Assembly (NCBI GenBank): GCA_023150835.1
Contig: JAKLKB010000002.1
Coordinates: forward strand, 62,001 to 126,000
Direction: 5' to 3'
Length of the DNA stretch: 64,000 nt
Origin: Myxococcota bacterium
Lineage (GTDB): Bacteria > Myxococcota_C > UBA6777
Positions 9,582 through 18,987 of the stretch are shown here, piece by piece. The number at the start of each line of letters is the position of its first letter. Within the stretch, counting starts at the first letter, position 1. Both the position numbers and the translations under genes were made by a program. The notes beneath the pieces are model-generated. The model was not told the DNA's origin, did not search any database, and worked only from the letters and a program-made list of their open reading frames with translations.

Positions 9582-12500
9582 TCACGAAGCAGCGCGATTG
9601 GATTGTTTGAGGTAGAGGGGAAGGGCTTGTTGGAGCTGTTGGAAGAGACGTTGTGGGAGAGCAGAAGGGAAAGAGGAGTCGAGGGCAAAGAGCAAGAGGG
9701 CGGGGACTTGATGCCGTTCGAGAGGACGGCAGAGACGGAAAGCAGCTTGGTTGGCAGACTCATCAGCGCGCAAGGTGCGAGCGATCTCGGGTTCGGCGAT
9801 GCAGATGCTTTGGGCGAGGCGACGGTTGGCGGGGACACGAGAAGAAGTCCATTCGGTGAAGTAGCCGTCAAGACTTTCACGAGCAGCATCGTCCTCAAGA
9901 GCAACAGCGAAGAGGAGTTGTTCATAGGAGGGGATCTTGGCGTGTTGTTCGATCGCGAAGAATTCGGCTTCGTTGAGCGAGATGCCCGTGACGGGAGAAT
10001 CTGGATCGGAGATGGTTTTGGCGTTGGGCTTCCATCCACGGGGGAAGGGTCGGTTGTGCTTTTGGCAGAAGGCGAAGTACTGTCCACGCGACACAGGACG
10101 ACAACTGAGCAAGAACGGGCGGAAACGATGATCGCCGTGCCATGAACCCGTCATCAGGACGTTGTTTTGGTTGTGTTGGAGCCAATCGATAGCGGCGCGG
10201 ATATCGGCTTCGGCGGCGCGCAGCTTGGGATCGATCTCGTCTCGTTCTTTTTGAAGAAGTTTGAGGGCAGCCGTCCAATCGTTCTTTTCGACGAGTTTCC
10301 AGAATCGCTCTGTTGCGGAAGGAGGGGGAGGAGGGGGAGGGGCAACGGGTTTTGGCGGAGTAGCGGGTGTGATCGGGGTTGCGGGGGTTGGAGCGACCGA
10401 AGCAACGGTGGAAGCTGCGGTTTTTGATTTGCCTTTGCCTTGTCGCATCCGAACGATCTCAACGCGATGGCTTGGGGTAAAGAGGTAGGGCTTGTGTTGT
10501 AGGAAGCTTTGAACGAGGGCGATCTCTTCGGTGTGTAGGCCCTTTTTGTCGATCTGTTCGCCATGACAGTGCGTCACACAGAAGCAAAAGAGCGACTTGA
10601 GGTGGAGGTGTTTTTGTTGAGAGAGGACACGCTCAAACAAGGAACGGCGGGGATCAAGGACATAGATGCAGCGGAAAGTGATATCAGCGTCGATTTCGTC
10701 GCGTTGACGGTGCTTTTTGACGATATTTTTAGGAGAAAAGAGTTGGATCAGTTGGCCGCGTCGGTCATGCGAAGTGGTTGTCCATTCTGCAAGAGGCGCT
10801 TGTGCGGGCCAAGGTGCGGAGACACCTGTCGCGGTGGTTAGGGCGAGATCGCGGGCTTTGAGCAGTTGTTCGAGAGAGGGGAGTTGGAGGGTTTGAGCTT
10901 CGGCGAAGCGTTGCGCATCCCACCACGAGACGCGAGAGATCACGCCTTGGGGATCTTCGAAGGTTGCGGCTTTGGCGCGGAAGCCGGCAGGGAGCGGAAG
11001 GGCATGGTTGCGGCAATGTTGGATGAATTGTTCCCGATTGACGGCACGTTCCATTACCAAGAAAGGTCTTCCATCGATGGGGCCATCGAGGTGGCCGGGA
11101 ACAAAGCGCCAAGAAGCGTCAAAGCGTGCAAAGAAGGCTTTTCGTTCGTTGAGGAGTTGTTGGAAAAGCGCCCAATGTTCGCCAGACAAGAAAGCGGTGT
11201 CTTGTTCGGGCTTGGCGAGAAGTTGTTGGAAGAGGGCGAGATCGTTCTTTTCGATCGCCTCCATGAGTCGTTGTGCATAAGAGGGATGGTATTCAACGAC
11301 GATCTCGGGTTCGGGTTCAGGTTCAGCCACCACAGGAGGCTGTGGCGTCGGATGTTCGGGGGATGTTGAAGAGGTTGCGACGGGAGAAGGTTGCGTGGGG
11401 GCGACAGGGGCAAAGAAGACAGGGATATCTTCGAGGGCGACGTTGTCGTTGGCGGCAACACCGCGTGCAAAGGTCGGGTGGAGGGGTTGCCCACGGAAGA
11501 GGACAGCAGAGGGAAGGTGCGTAGCTTCGGTCTGTTGGGCTTGTTGGATGGTGCGGTTGAGTTGGCCGACAACGGAGCGTACGGCATCGCCCGCAGCTTC
11601 GCGGATCTTGGCGCGGGGGTCTGCGTTGGCCTGCCAACGTAGAGCTTGAACACCCGAGTTGACTTTGCCGAGCAGTCGGCCCATTGCACCGACGGCGGTT
11701 TCTCGGAGTTTTTCGTGGGGCGTGTGTTCAGGGTTCATTGCAAGCATGAGGGCAAGTTCGCTGAGTCCCATCTCCAATTGGTCGAGCATACCGAGGGCGC
11801 GGCGTCGAGCGACGGGGCGCTCGGGGTCAACGAGCAGTTGGACAAGTTCGAGCAGGCGATCGAAGCTACCGAGGCGAACCATCGCGATCAACAAACCCGC
11901 TTCGAGGTTGGGTTCGAGGGTTTTGGCATCGCGTTGTTCTTCGAGGAATTCGGCGAGCCAATCGAGGGCTTCGGGATCACCGATCTCGGCGACGACTTGG
12001 GTGGCGATCCAAGAGAAGGCGGGATCATTGCGGGTGATCAGGTCGAACATTTGGGGCAGAGCGGTGGATCCGCCCGCCATACCCGCAGGGCGGATCAGCG
12101 AGATCAAGCGAGGCAAGTGCAAGAACGGAGAGTTGAGTTCTTTGCGAAGGAATTTGAAGAGGACAGGACCGGCTTCGGGGGCGCGCAGATCACCGAGGGC
12201 TCGGACAATCCCTGCGAAAGCTTTTTTGTAGGGTTCGTGTTGGTTGATCTTGTCGAGAGCTTCGAGGAAAAGGGGCGTTGCATCACGACCGATGACACGG
12301 CTGATGGTGCCAGCGCAATCTTGGAGGACGAGGTGATCGGGATCTTCGCGGAAGCATCGTTCGAGCGCAGGACGAACGAGAGCGCGTTGTTCGTCAGAAC
12401 GCACCAAGCGACGAAGCGCTTTGACTGCACAACGACGGACATCTTTGTTGGCTTCTTGTTCGACATCGATCTTGGCGAGCAAGGGGCGGATGGCGGCTTC

Positions 12501-15500
12501 GACGCGCAACGCGCCGAGGCAATCGGCAGCGGCGGAGCGAGTATCTTTGTGAGATCCATCCAAAAAGGCCAATAGAGCTTGTTTTTGTTTGTCGGAGAGT
12601 GCGCGTTGTGACAAGGCTTCGAGGGCGAGGGCTTGGATCTTGGGGTTGCTTTCTTTTTGGAGGCAAGCAAAGAAAAAGTCGGTCTCTGCGCCCAATTGGG
12701 CGAGGGCTTGGAGCATACCTTGTTTGACTTGGAGACTTTTTTCTTCGTGGTAGCAAGCAAGCAAGAGAGGCTTCCAATGGAGGTCGCCCATTTCACCGAT
12801 GGCTTCGGCGACGACTTGACGCAGCAGTGCGTTTTCCTTGGGATCTTTGAGTAGGCGCTCAAAGCGTTCGTTGATATCCGAAAGACCGAGACGACCGAGG
12901 GCACGGGCAGAACGGATGCGAACCAATCGATCGCTGTCATTTTCAAGGGCATAAAGAAGGGGCGGAGCGACCCAACCAGCGGGCGCGTGGAGCTTTGCGA
13001 GAGCTTCGAGGTCGTCTTTGTGGAGTGCGCGCCCCAACAATCCGAGATCTTCGGCGGCTCCTTGGCGCAGGTCTTTGTGGGCGGCTTCGTTGCGCAAGAG
13101 ATGATCCAAGACCAACAAAGCAAGGGGGGAACGGAAAGAGACGAGATCTTCGCAGGCTTCGCGCCGTGTGTCTTTGCCCTTTTTGGGGTTCATGGCCACG
13201 CACGCTGCGTCACCTTCGACAGGTCGGGCGTGACGCAACGTTTCTTGGACAGCTTTTCCGACTTGTTTGGAAAAGTCTTTGGAAGCCAAGACGTCGATCA
13301 GATCGACGAGAGCTTGCGGATCACCACAGCGATAACGGGCATACCACAACATCGACCAGAGACGGGGTTCTTGGGCTTTTCGGAGAGAGAGTTTTTGCAA
13401 AAAGCCGAGATCTTCGGGAGCAGCGAGTTCAGCAAGAGAGCGCAAAGACATCCAACGGACGGCTTGTGCGGCATCGTCTTGTGCAGCTTTTTCACGCAGA
13501 GCAGCGCGGTTGGCCTCGCCAGCAGGCAGTTTTCCGAGCAGTTCAGCCGCACGCTCTTGCTCTGCAACATCGGAAGCATCGAGATAACCGCGCAAGTAAT
13601 CGATCACAGAGGCGGTCATTTCGGCGCGAACGAAAGCATCAAGGAGTTGTTGGTGCATCTCGTGACGATCGGCGGCACGCCAAAGTTTCCAAGCGCGAGG
13701 CAAAGCATGTTCGGAGCCACAAAGTGCCAAAACACGCGCACTGTGGCGTTGTGTGGACGCAGCGCCAAAGAGATCCAACATACCGATGCCAAGGGCTTCG
13801 GCAGCGAGTTCGCGCAGAGATTCGTCTTCTTTGTTATTTTGCAAGCGTTGCAAAACGACCGAGAGTTCGTCAAGAACAGGGCCAAAAGCGTCTTCTTCTT
13901 GGGCTTCCATCAAACGCTGCGCGGCGCGCAACAGGGCTCCGCCTTGGCTTGGGAGCTCTTTCTCAAGCGTGATAAAATAGCCGCGCACGTCGAAGGGCAG
14001 CGAAGAATGTTGAACACGCAAGATCGGCAACAGAGCAGCCAGCCGTTCCAGTTCGCCCAAGATGATCAAGCCGTAGGTAGTCGCCAACTGTGCGCGCTTT
14101 TCGCTGATCAGCGTCCAGTTGACTTTTTTCGCAGGAGTGTTTGGGGCAGCATTTTCTGCCGAGGCTTCGGTCTTTGCGGCGACAGCGATCTCGACCGATG
14201 TGTCGGCTTTTTCTTGGTTGCTTTCAGCCTGTTCATCCGAAGGTTCTTCAGCAGAAGCTGTTTCTTCGGACTGTTCGGAAGATTCAGTAGCTTCTGAATC
14301 TTCGGACTCTTCGGTGGTTTGCTCTTGGGTGGAGCTTGTGAAGAGTGCTGTGGTTTGTGCGGCTGTTTCGAGGGCGGCTTCTTGTGCGCCAAAGACCGTC
14401 ACGGTGTTGTTGGCGTCTTCGAGCAGACGGGCAACACAACGCTGCACGCGGTCTCGCAAAGCAGGGGGGTCATAATCACGCAGTATATGGACAAGGCTCA
14501 CCGCCCCTTTGCGGCGCAGTTCAGAAGGGATGCTACCGGGGGGGCTTTGTTCGAGAACACGCAGCAAGATGCGCAAGATCCGATCACGCGAACCCGGGAT
14601 CTCTTCTAGCAAACGGGGTTCGACGAGCAGGCCCGCGATCTCTGCGCGGATCCAGTCTGCAACGTCCCAATTATGTTCACCTTTTTTCCGTTTCAGGCGA
14701 TTTTGCAAGCGAAGCTGCCACATCCCTTTGTCTTGGAGGGCTTGGAGCAGGCTTTCGAGCTGGCCGGGGAATAGGCGCAAAAGGATCTGAAAGCGGGTTT
14801 GCCACATCCGACGTTGGCTATCGAGTGCCTTGAGTGTATTGCGGTCGTAATCGGCCTTGGTTTCGGCTTCTGCTTCTTTTTGATCGAGTTCCATCCCCGA
14901 ACGACCGAGGGCCATCATCAAACGCTTGGTGGTTTCGCGCAGATCGAGATAGCGCTTGACGGCCCCTACCGCCAAGGAGATCGCTCCAACACGAAACAGC
15001 GCAAGGAACGCTTTTCCCGGGTTGGTGGGCGTAATCACGATATCTGCGTTAAATTTGATGCCCAACAACGAAGCGATCCCAAGGAAGGATTGGTTGACGT
15101 TTGAAAGAACATAACCAAACCAATCGAATAGCGTGACGTTGCCTTTGACGGCGAACAGGAACTTGCCTGTGACACCATGCAAGGCAGCCCAAAAAGCCGG
15201 TGTCACGGCAAAGATCAGCACGATATTTCCGCCGATGATCAGCCACAAGGGGAACCACTTGTCGACGCCGCGCAGGGTCAGGCGATCTTCAGATATCTGT
15301 CCGTTGAGATAGTTGAGTTTTTGCTTTTCGCTCAAGAAGTAAAGGACGTTTCCGACAACGCCCCCCACAAAAAGCAGCGTCAACATGACAAGGATGATCA
15401 CGCTCGACTGTAGCCGCAGCATCCAAAGCGCGTAAGCAGTCCCCACCCCGACGACGTAAAGCACCGCGATGGCAAGAGGCACATCGCGTTGACGGACTTT

Positions 15501-15668
15501 CCCGAAGTCAAATCCGAGGCTCAACAAAAAAATGGTTACTCCAAGAACAAGGAGCATATCGATGCGTAGTTCCCAAAGAACCAACCCAAACAACAGACAG
15601 TACACGACGTGTATGATCTGGATGGGGAGGGCTTTCACCTCTGTTGGCAGTGTGTTTGTCTCAGCCAC
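9582..15668 (-). CDS. 2028-aa membrane protein: N-terminal multi-TM domain, long HEAT/ARM repeat region, two degenerate FGE-sulfatase-like domains
   Basis: About six hydrophobic helices; repeats such as VRIRSARALGRLG, LRQVVAEAIGEMG and TRSAAADCLGALR; C-terminal VSWWDAQRFA...LPSLEQ...AEWT...FRC and PVTGISLNEAEFFA...EWT...FRLC. Confidence 0.8.
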   Translation of the reverse strand: MAETNTLPTEVKALPIQIIHVVYCLLFGLVLWELRIDMLLVLGVTIFLLSLGFDFGKVRQRDVPLAIAVLYVVGVGTAYALWMLRLQSSVIILVMLTLLFVGGVVGNVLYFLSEKQKLNYLNGQISEDRLTLRGVDKWFPLWLIIGGNIVLIFAVTPAFWAALHGVTGKFLFAVKGNVTLFDWFGYVLSNVNQSFLGIASLLGIKFNADIVITPTNPGKAFLALFRVGAISLAVGAVKRYLDLRETTKRLMMALGRSGMELDQKEAEAETKADYDRNTLKALDSQRRMWQTRFQILLRLFPGQLESLLQALQDKGMWQLRLQNRLKRKKGEHNWDVADWIRAEIAGLLVEPRLLEEIPGSRDRILRILLRVLEQSPPGSIPSELRRKGAVSLVHILRDYDPPALRDRVQRCVARLLEDANNTVTVFGAQEAALETAAQTTALFTSSTQEQTTEESEDSEATESSEQSEETASAEEPSDEQAESNQEKADTSVEIAVAAKTEASAENAAPNTPAKKVNWTLISEKRAQLATTYGLIILGELERLAALLPILRVQHSSLPFDVRGYFITLEKELPSQGGALLRAAQRLMEAQEEDAFGPVLDELSVVLQRLQNNKEDESLRELAAEALGIGMLDLFGAASTQRHSARVLALCGSEHALPRAWKLWRAADRHEMHQQLLDAFVRAEMTASVIDYLRGYLDASDVAEQERAAELLGKLPAGEANRAALREKAAQDDAAQAVRWMSLRSLAELAAPEDLGFLQKLSLRKAQEPRLWSMLWYARYRCGDPQALVDLIDVLASKDFSKQVGKAVQETLRHARPVEGDAACVAMNPKKGKDTRREACEDLVSFRSPLALLVLDHLLRNEAAHKDLRQGAAEDLGLLGRALHKDDLEALAKLHAPAGWVAPPLLYALENDSDRLVRIRSARALGRLGLSDINERFERLLKDPKENALLRQVVAEAIGEMGDLHWKPLLLACYHEEKSLQVKQGMLQALAQLGAETDFFFACLQKESNPKIQALALEALSQRALSDKQKQALLAFLDGSHKDTRSAAADCLGALRVEAAIRPLLAKIDVEQEANKDVRRCAVKALRRLVRSDEQRALVRPALERCFREDPDHLVLQDCAGTISRVIGRDATPLFLEALDKINQHEPYKKAFAGIVRALGDLRAPEAGPVLFKFLRKELNSPFLHLPRLISLIRPAGMAGGSTALPQMFDLITRNDPAFSWIATQVVAEIGDPEALDWLAEFLEEQRDAKTLEPNLEAGLLIAMVRLGSFDRLLELVQLLVDPERPVARRRALGMLDQLEMGLSELALMLAMNPEHTPHEKLRETAVGAMGRLLGKVNSGVQALRWQANADPRAKIREAAGDAVRSVVGQLNRTIQQAQQTEATHLPSAVLFRGQPLHPTFARGVAANDNVALEDIPVFFAPVAPTQPSPVATSSTSPEHPTPQPPVVAEPEPEPEIVVEYHPSYAQRLMEAIEKNDLALFQQLLAKPEQDTAFLSGEHWALFQQLLNERKAFFARFDASWRFVPGHLDGPIDGRPFLVMERAVNREQFIQHCRNHALPLPAGFRAKAATFEDPQGVISRVSWWDAQRFAEAQTLQLPSLEQLLKARDLALTTATGVSAPWPAQAPLAEWTTTSHDRRGQLIQLFSPKNIVKKHRQRDEIDADITFRCIYVLDPRRSLFERVLSQQKHLHLKSLFCFCVTHCHGEQIDKKGLHTEEIALVQSFLQHKPYLFTPSHRVEIVRMRQGKGKSKTAASTVASVAPTPATPITPATPPKPVAPPPPPPPSATERFWKLVEKNDWTAALKLLQKERDEIDPKLRAAEADIRAAIDWLQHNQNNVLMTGSWHGDHRFRPFLLSCRPVSRGQYFAFCQKHNRPFPRGWKPNAKTISDPDSPVTGISLNEAEFFAIEQHAKIPSYEQLLFAVALEDDAARESLDGYFTEWTSSRVPANRRLAQSICIAEPEIARTLRADESANQAAFRLCRPLERHQVPALLLFALDSSFPSALPQRLFQQLQQALPLYLKQSNRAAS

Positions 15669-15818
15669 GATCTCTCCTTCCGCGCTAATAGGGTCTCAAC
15701 ATACCGATCTGGTGGCTCCAACCCACAAGGGCAGAGCCGAAAAGGCAATCGAAAGAGGCATCTGATCAAAAACACGCGCTCTCGGCGCGTCAAAGTCGAT
15801 GGTGTCGGGGGTTTGCGT

Positions 15819-16673
15819 TTAGAGGTTGTTGGGGCAGGCTGTGTTGTCGTCTTTGACCAGTTCGATCACCGAAGTATTGGGGGAGAAGGACACTTCTGTG
15901 CGAGCCTTCACCACGCCGACACGCTTGGGTTTCGTTGGGGTTTGACTGTTGCTATCCTGCCGCCAGTAGCCTTTCACAGAAAAACGCAGATCCTGCCATT
16001 TTGCAGGAGAAAAAGTGATATTCTGTTGTTCCCCTTCAGCCAATAGATCAGGGAACAAAGACTCCTTGAGGACAAACAAGTCGGGTTCTTTGGGTGTGGT
16101 GGCTGTCGTCACTTGAAACCGAAAGCCGTTTCCCTCTAGGTCGGCGGGTTGGATAGCGAGGAGAAGACTCATCCCATTGACCACGCGAAACGCGTCATTC
16201 GTTTGACATCTGCGTTCGTTGGTTTTTCCGCTGTTTGCCTCGACACACGGGCAAGCTTGCGCCTCGCGCTCACCTTGCGTGCAAAAAAAATTGTTGAGAG
16301 AGCGAGAAGCATCCGCATTTTGTGGAAGTTTTGCTTTATCATAGATCCACGCATGGCCGATTTGAGCGGATGGCTCGCTTGTTGTGTTGTATTTTGTGAG
16401 ACGGAATTGCAAGACCATCGCAAACGTGTCTGTTTGTGCGACTTCGGCTGTTCCATTCGAACAAGCATCCAATTTTTGAGAGACTTGGAAAGTAACGGAC
16501 GGGCAATCGGGGCAGACCGAAGCACAACCACAAAGCGCCCACACAGCCATCGCACAAACCAGCGACGAAAAGCAGACGCGGAGCATTCCACGAATCTTGT
16601 TGGAAACAGCCCAACGGCAAACACCACCAGCCGCCCTTCCTACACCACAACATACAGACCACACCTCGCGCAT
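15819..16673 (-). CDS. Hypothetical protein, probable lipoprotein
   Basis: Long ORF with a hydrophobic stretch ending ALCG-C; AGAGGAAGG RBS before ATG 16673 (alternative start 16586). Confidence 0.55.
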   Translation of the reverse strand: MREVWSVCCGVGRAAGGVCRWAVSNKIRGMLRVCFSSLVCAMAVWALCGCASVCPDCPSVTFQVSQKLDACSNGTAEVAQTDTFAMVLQFRLTKYNTTSEPSAQIGHAWIYDKAKLPQNADASRSLNNFFCTQGEREAQACPCVEANSGKTNERRCQTNDAFRVVNGMSLLLAIQPADLEGNGFRFQVTTATTPKEPDLFVLKESLFPDLLAEGEQQNITFSPAKWQDLRFSVKGYWRQDSNSQTPTKPKRVGVVKARTEVSFSPNTSVIELVKDDNTACPNNL

Positions 16674-16905
16674 ACTACTAACCTTCCTCTGTCGTATCTT
16701 GACATACATCCCCAAAAAAGGCGTTGCCTTGACGCCCGATCCGCGCAGCACCAAGGCATCCCCAAACAACAGGAGCCTTTCGACGGGAAAGCACAAGACA
16801 TCGGCCTATAGGTATCGCGCAAGTCGGACCTGATCTCAAGGCTTGTGTCAAGTAGAAAGGCAAAGAAAAGCCGAAATACGGGGAGATTCGAGAAGCAGGT
16901 AGGGT

Positions 16906-18876
16906 TTAGCGAAGAGACGGGAAAGTGCGATACAGCCAATCGTGGATCCAGTTCAGCGAATAGTAGTTGTCGTTGAAGAACTGCACCGTCCGACCGTCGA
17001 TCACAAACTGCCGCCCAAAGACCAACGCACCAAAGGCGTTGACGACGATCCCCCAAACCAACAACACCAGAAACATCCGCTTGATTTGAATGCTGCTGAT
17101 CGCCAACAACACAACCAAAAACACCGAGTAATCGACGCTAAAGCGATTGCCAAAAGTCACCCAGCCCGTGTTTTGGTAAAAGAGCGAGGGCAACAACACA
17201 AACAAGGCAGACAGCCACAGCGCAACAAACAACGGGCGTTGCCCACGACTCCGAGCAAAGAGCAGATACAAAAATAGCGGAGTCGTCAAGAACAAGCTCA
17301 TCCCATGGGCATTAAAGAGGATGTAGGGTGCTTTGTTGAGGAACTGCGGCGGAGCCAAAAAGAAGGCGTAGAGGTTGCGGGGAAGCCAATAAACCCCAAA
17401 CAGCCCGTGTTGTAGGGCGCGATCGTACACCGCAGGCAGATACAGATGGCCGAACTCCATCGGGCTGCCAAAACGCACAAAGTTGGCGTACATCATCCCC
17501 GCTCCCACCGCCAACAACGGCAAAACAAACAGCGCTGCTTTCCCCAACACTTCGCCTGAAAACGGGTTTTTCCAGCCTTTTTCACGATCGCGCAGCAGTT
17601 GGATCACAAAGAAGATCCCCGCCAACAGCAACAGCGGGCGACACAGAAACGCCATCCCCAAAAACAACCCCGCCCAAAACGGATGCCGCGCTTCCAAGCC
17701 AAAGTACACATAAGCCACCGCGCAAAAAGCCCCCAACGTCAGCGCAGTATACCAGACCGTCCCCTGTACAGCCACAAAGAAAAACACTGTTCCAAATCCA
17801 AACAAAGCGGTCAACAGGGCATTTTCGTATGTGTTTCGTTCGGAATATCCCCATTCACGGAGCCTTTGCAACAAAAGAAAAAACAAAGCCACCGTCAGCG
17901 CTGCAAAAAACAACGTAAACACGGTATCGTTATAGCGCATCCGATCCAAGCCCAACTTGCCCAGCAACCACATCGGAGCCGCCATCAAAAACGCTGGCAA
18001 CGGCGGAAACGAGACGTAGTAATGCCGTTTCCACCCCTTGATCTGCCCCTTCGCAAGGAGCTTTTGTTGCTTTCGAAGATCCACAAAGCGATGCTTCCCT
18101 TGGTACATCCCACGGAAACGACCTCGCAAAACTTCGCCATTTTTCATCTGCACGACGTACAGATAGGCCCAATCGTTGTCGAGGACACGGCCCGACACAG
18201 GATGCGCAGGTGTATCTTCAAGGTGCCAACGTCCCGATAATAGGGCGTCAGCCAAAAAAACGTAATGCGGTTGGTCAGATTGGCGGAAAAAACGATTGCC
18301 CGAAAAAATCGCAAAGATCAAGAAAGACACCACAAAGATCAACCACGGCCCACGTTTTCCTGCCAATGTATCCAACAGATCGGCAGATGGCACCGATGTT
18401 TCAGGCGTCTTGGAGGTTTCTTTGGACAAAGCTCCTGCGCTTTCTGGCGGTTTTGGCGTGGTGACGGGCGCGATCTCCGAAGCAACAGGAGTATCCGTCG
18501 GCATTTTGGGTGTGGCGGGCGTTTGGGGTGGGGTTTGGGGTGGCTGTGTTGGTTCGATGGCTTGGGGAGTTAAGTTCGCTTTGATCGGTTCGGAGATGTC
18601 GGTGGCTAGGGCTTGTTCGACGCGAGAGGGTGCATCTTTGGAAACAGCAGCCCCTGTGCTTTCGTCTTTTTTTGCTTCGTCGACAGGCTGCGTGATCGCC
18701 GAACGAGCCGCGAGAGCGTCGAGATCAAGCCCCAAAGCCCTCTGACGAGCATTGGTAAACGTCGCAGCATCGGCGTCTTGGTCGCTATACAAATACAAGG
18801 TGTTTTCAGGCGGATACATGGCCTCTTGGCGAAACCAGAATGCCTCAGAAGGCTTTTTTGTCTCATGTTGGCTCAT
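16906..18876 (-). CDS. Polytopic membrane protein, GT-C-fold glycosyltransferase-like, with disordered N-terminus
   Basis: YVFLADALLSG, YYVSFPPLPAFL, NFVRFGSPMEFGH and FGNRFSVDY motifs plus more than 10 TM helices. Confidence 0.6.
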   Translation of the reverse strand: MSQHETKKPSEAFWFRQEAMYPPENTLYLYSDQDADAATFTNARQRALGLDLDALAARSAITQPVDEAKKDESTGAAVSKDAPSRVEQALATDISEPIKANLTPQAIEPTQPPQTPPQTPATPKMPTDTPVASEIAPVTTPKPPESAGALSKETSKTPETSVPSADLLDTLAGKRGPWLIFVVSFLIFAIFSGNRFFRQSDQPHYVFLADALLSGRWHLEDTPAHPVSGRVLDNDWAYLYVVQMKNGEVLRGRFRGMYQGKHRFVDLRKQQKLLAKGQIKGWKRHYYVSFPPLPAFLMAAPMWLLGKLGLDRMRYNDTVFTLFFAALTVALFFLLLQRLREWGYSERNTYENALLTALFGFGTVFFFVAVQGTVWYTALTLGAFCAVAYVYFGLEARHPFWAGLFLGMAFLCRPLLLLAGIFFVIQLLRDREKGWKNPFSGEVLGKAALFVLPLLAVGAGMMYANFVRFGSPMEFGHLYLPAVYDRALQHGLFGVYWLPRNLYAFFLAPPQFLNKAPYILFNAHGMSLFLTTPLFLYLLFARSRGQRPLFVALWLSALFVLLPSLFYQNTGWVTFGNRFSVDYSVFLVVLLAISSIQIKRMFLVLLVWGIVVNAFGALVFGRQFVIDGRTVQFFNDNYYSLNWIHDWLYRTFPSLR

Positions 18877-18987
18877 CAAAAAGTCTCCGTGTGTGAAAGG
18901 CACAAACAAAAAACACGACCTGACCTTCTTCTCGAACTTACCGCCATGATCGCACAAGAGAGTCCGAGACAAGGGCGAAAACAGAGA

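Noticed and set aside
9254-10087. 277-aa ORF as a full-length gene
   Set aside because: The first ~170 codons are an alternative frame of the giant gene and the tail is repeat-element sequence; only the MTase fragment is credible.
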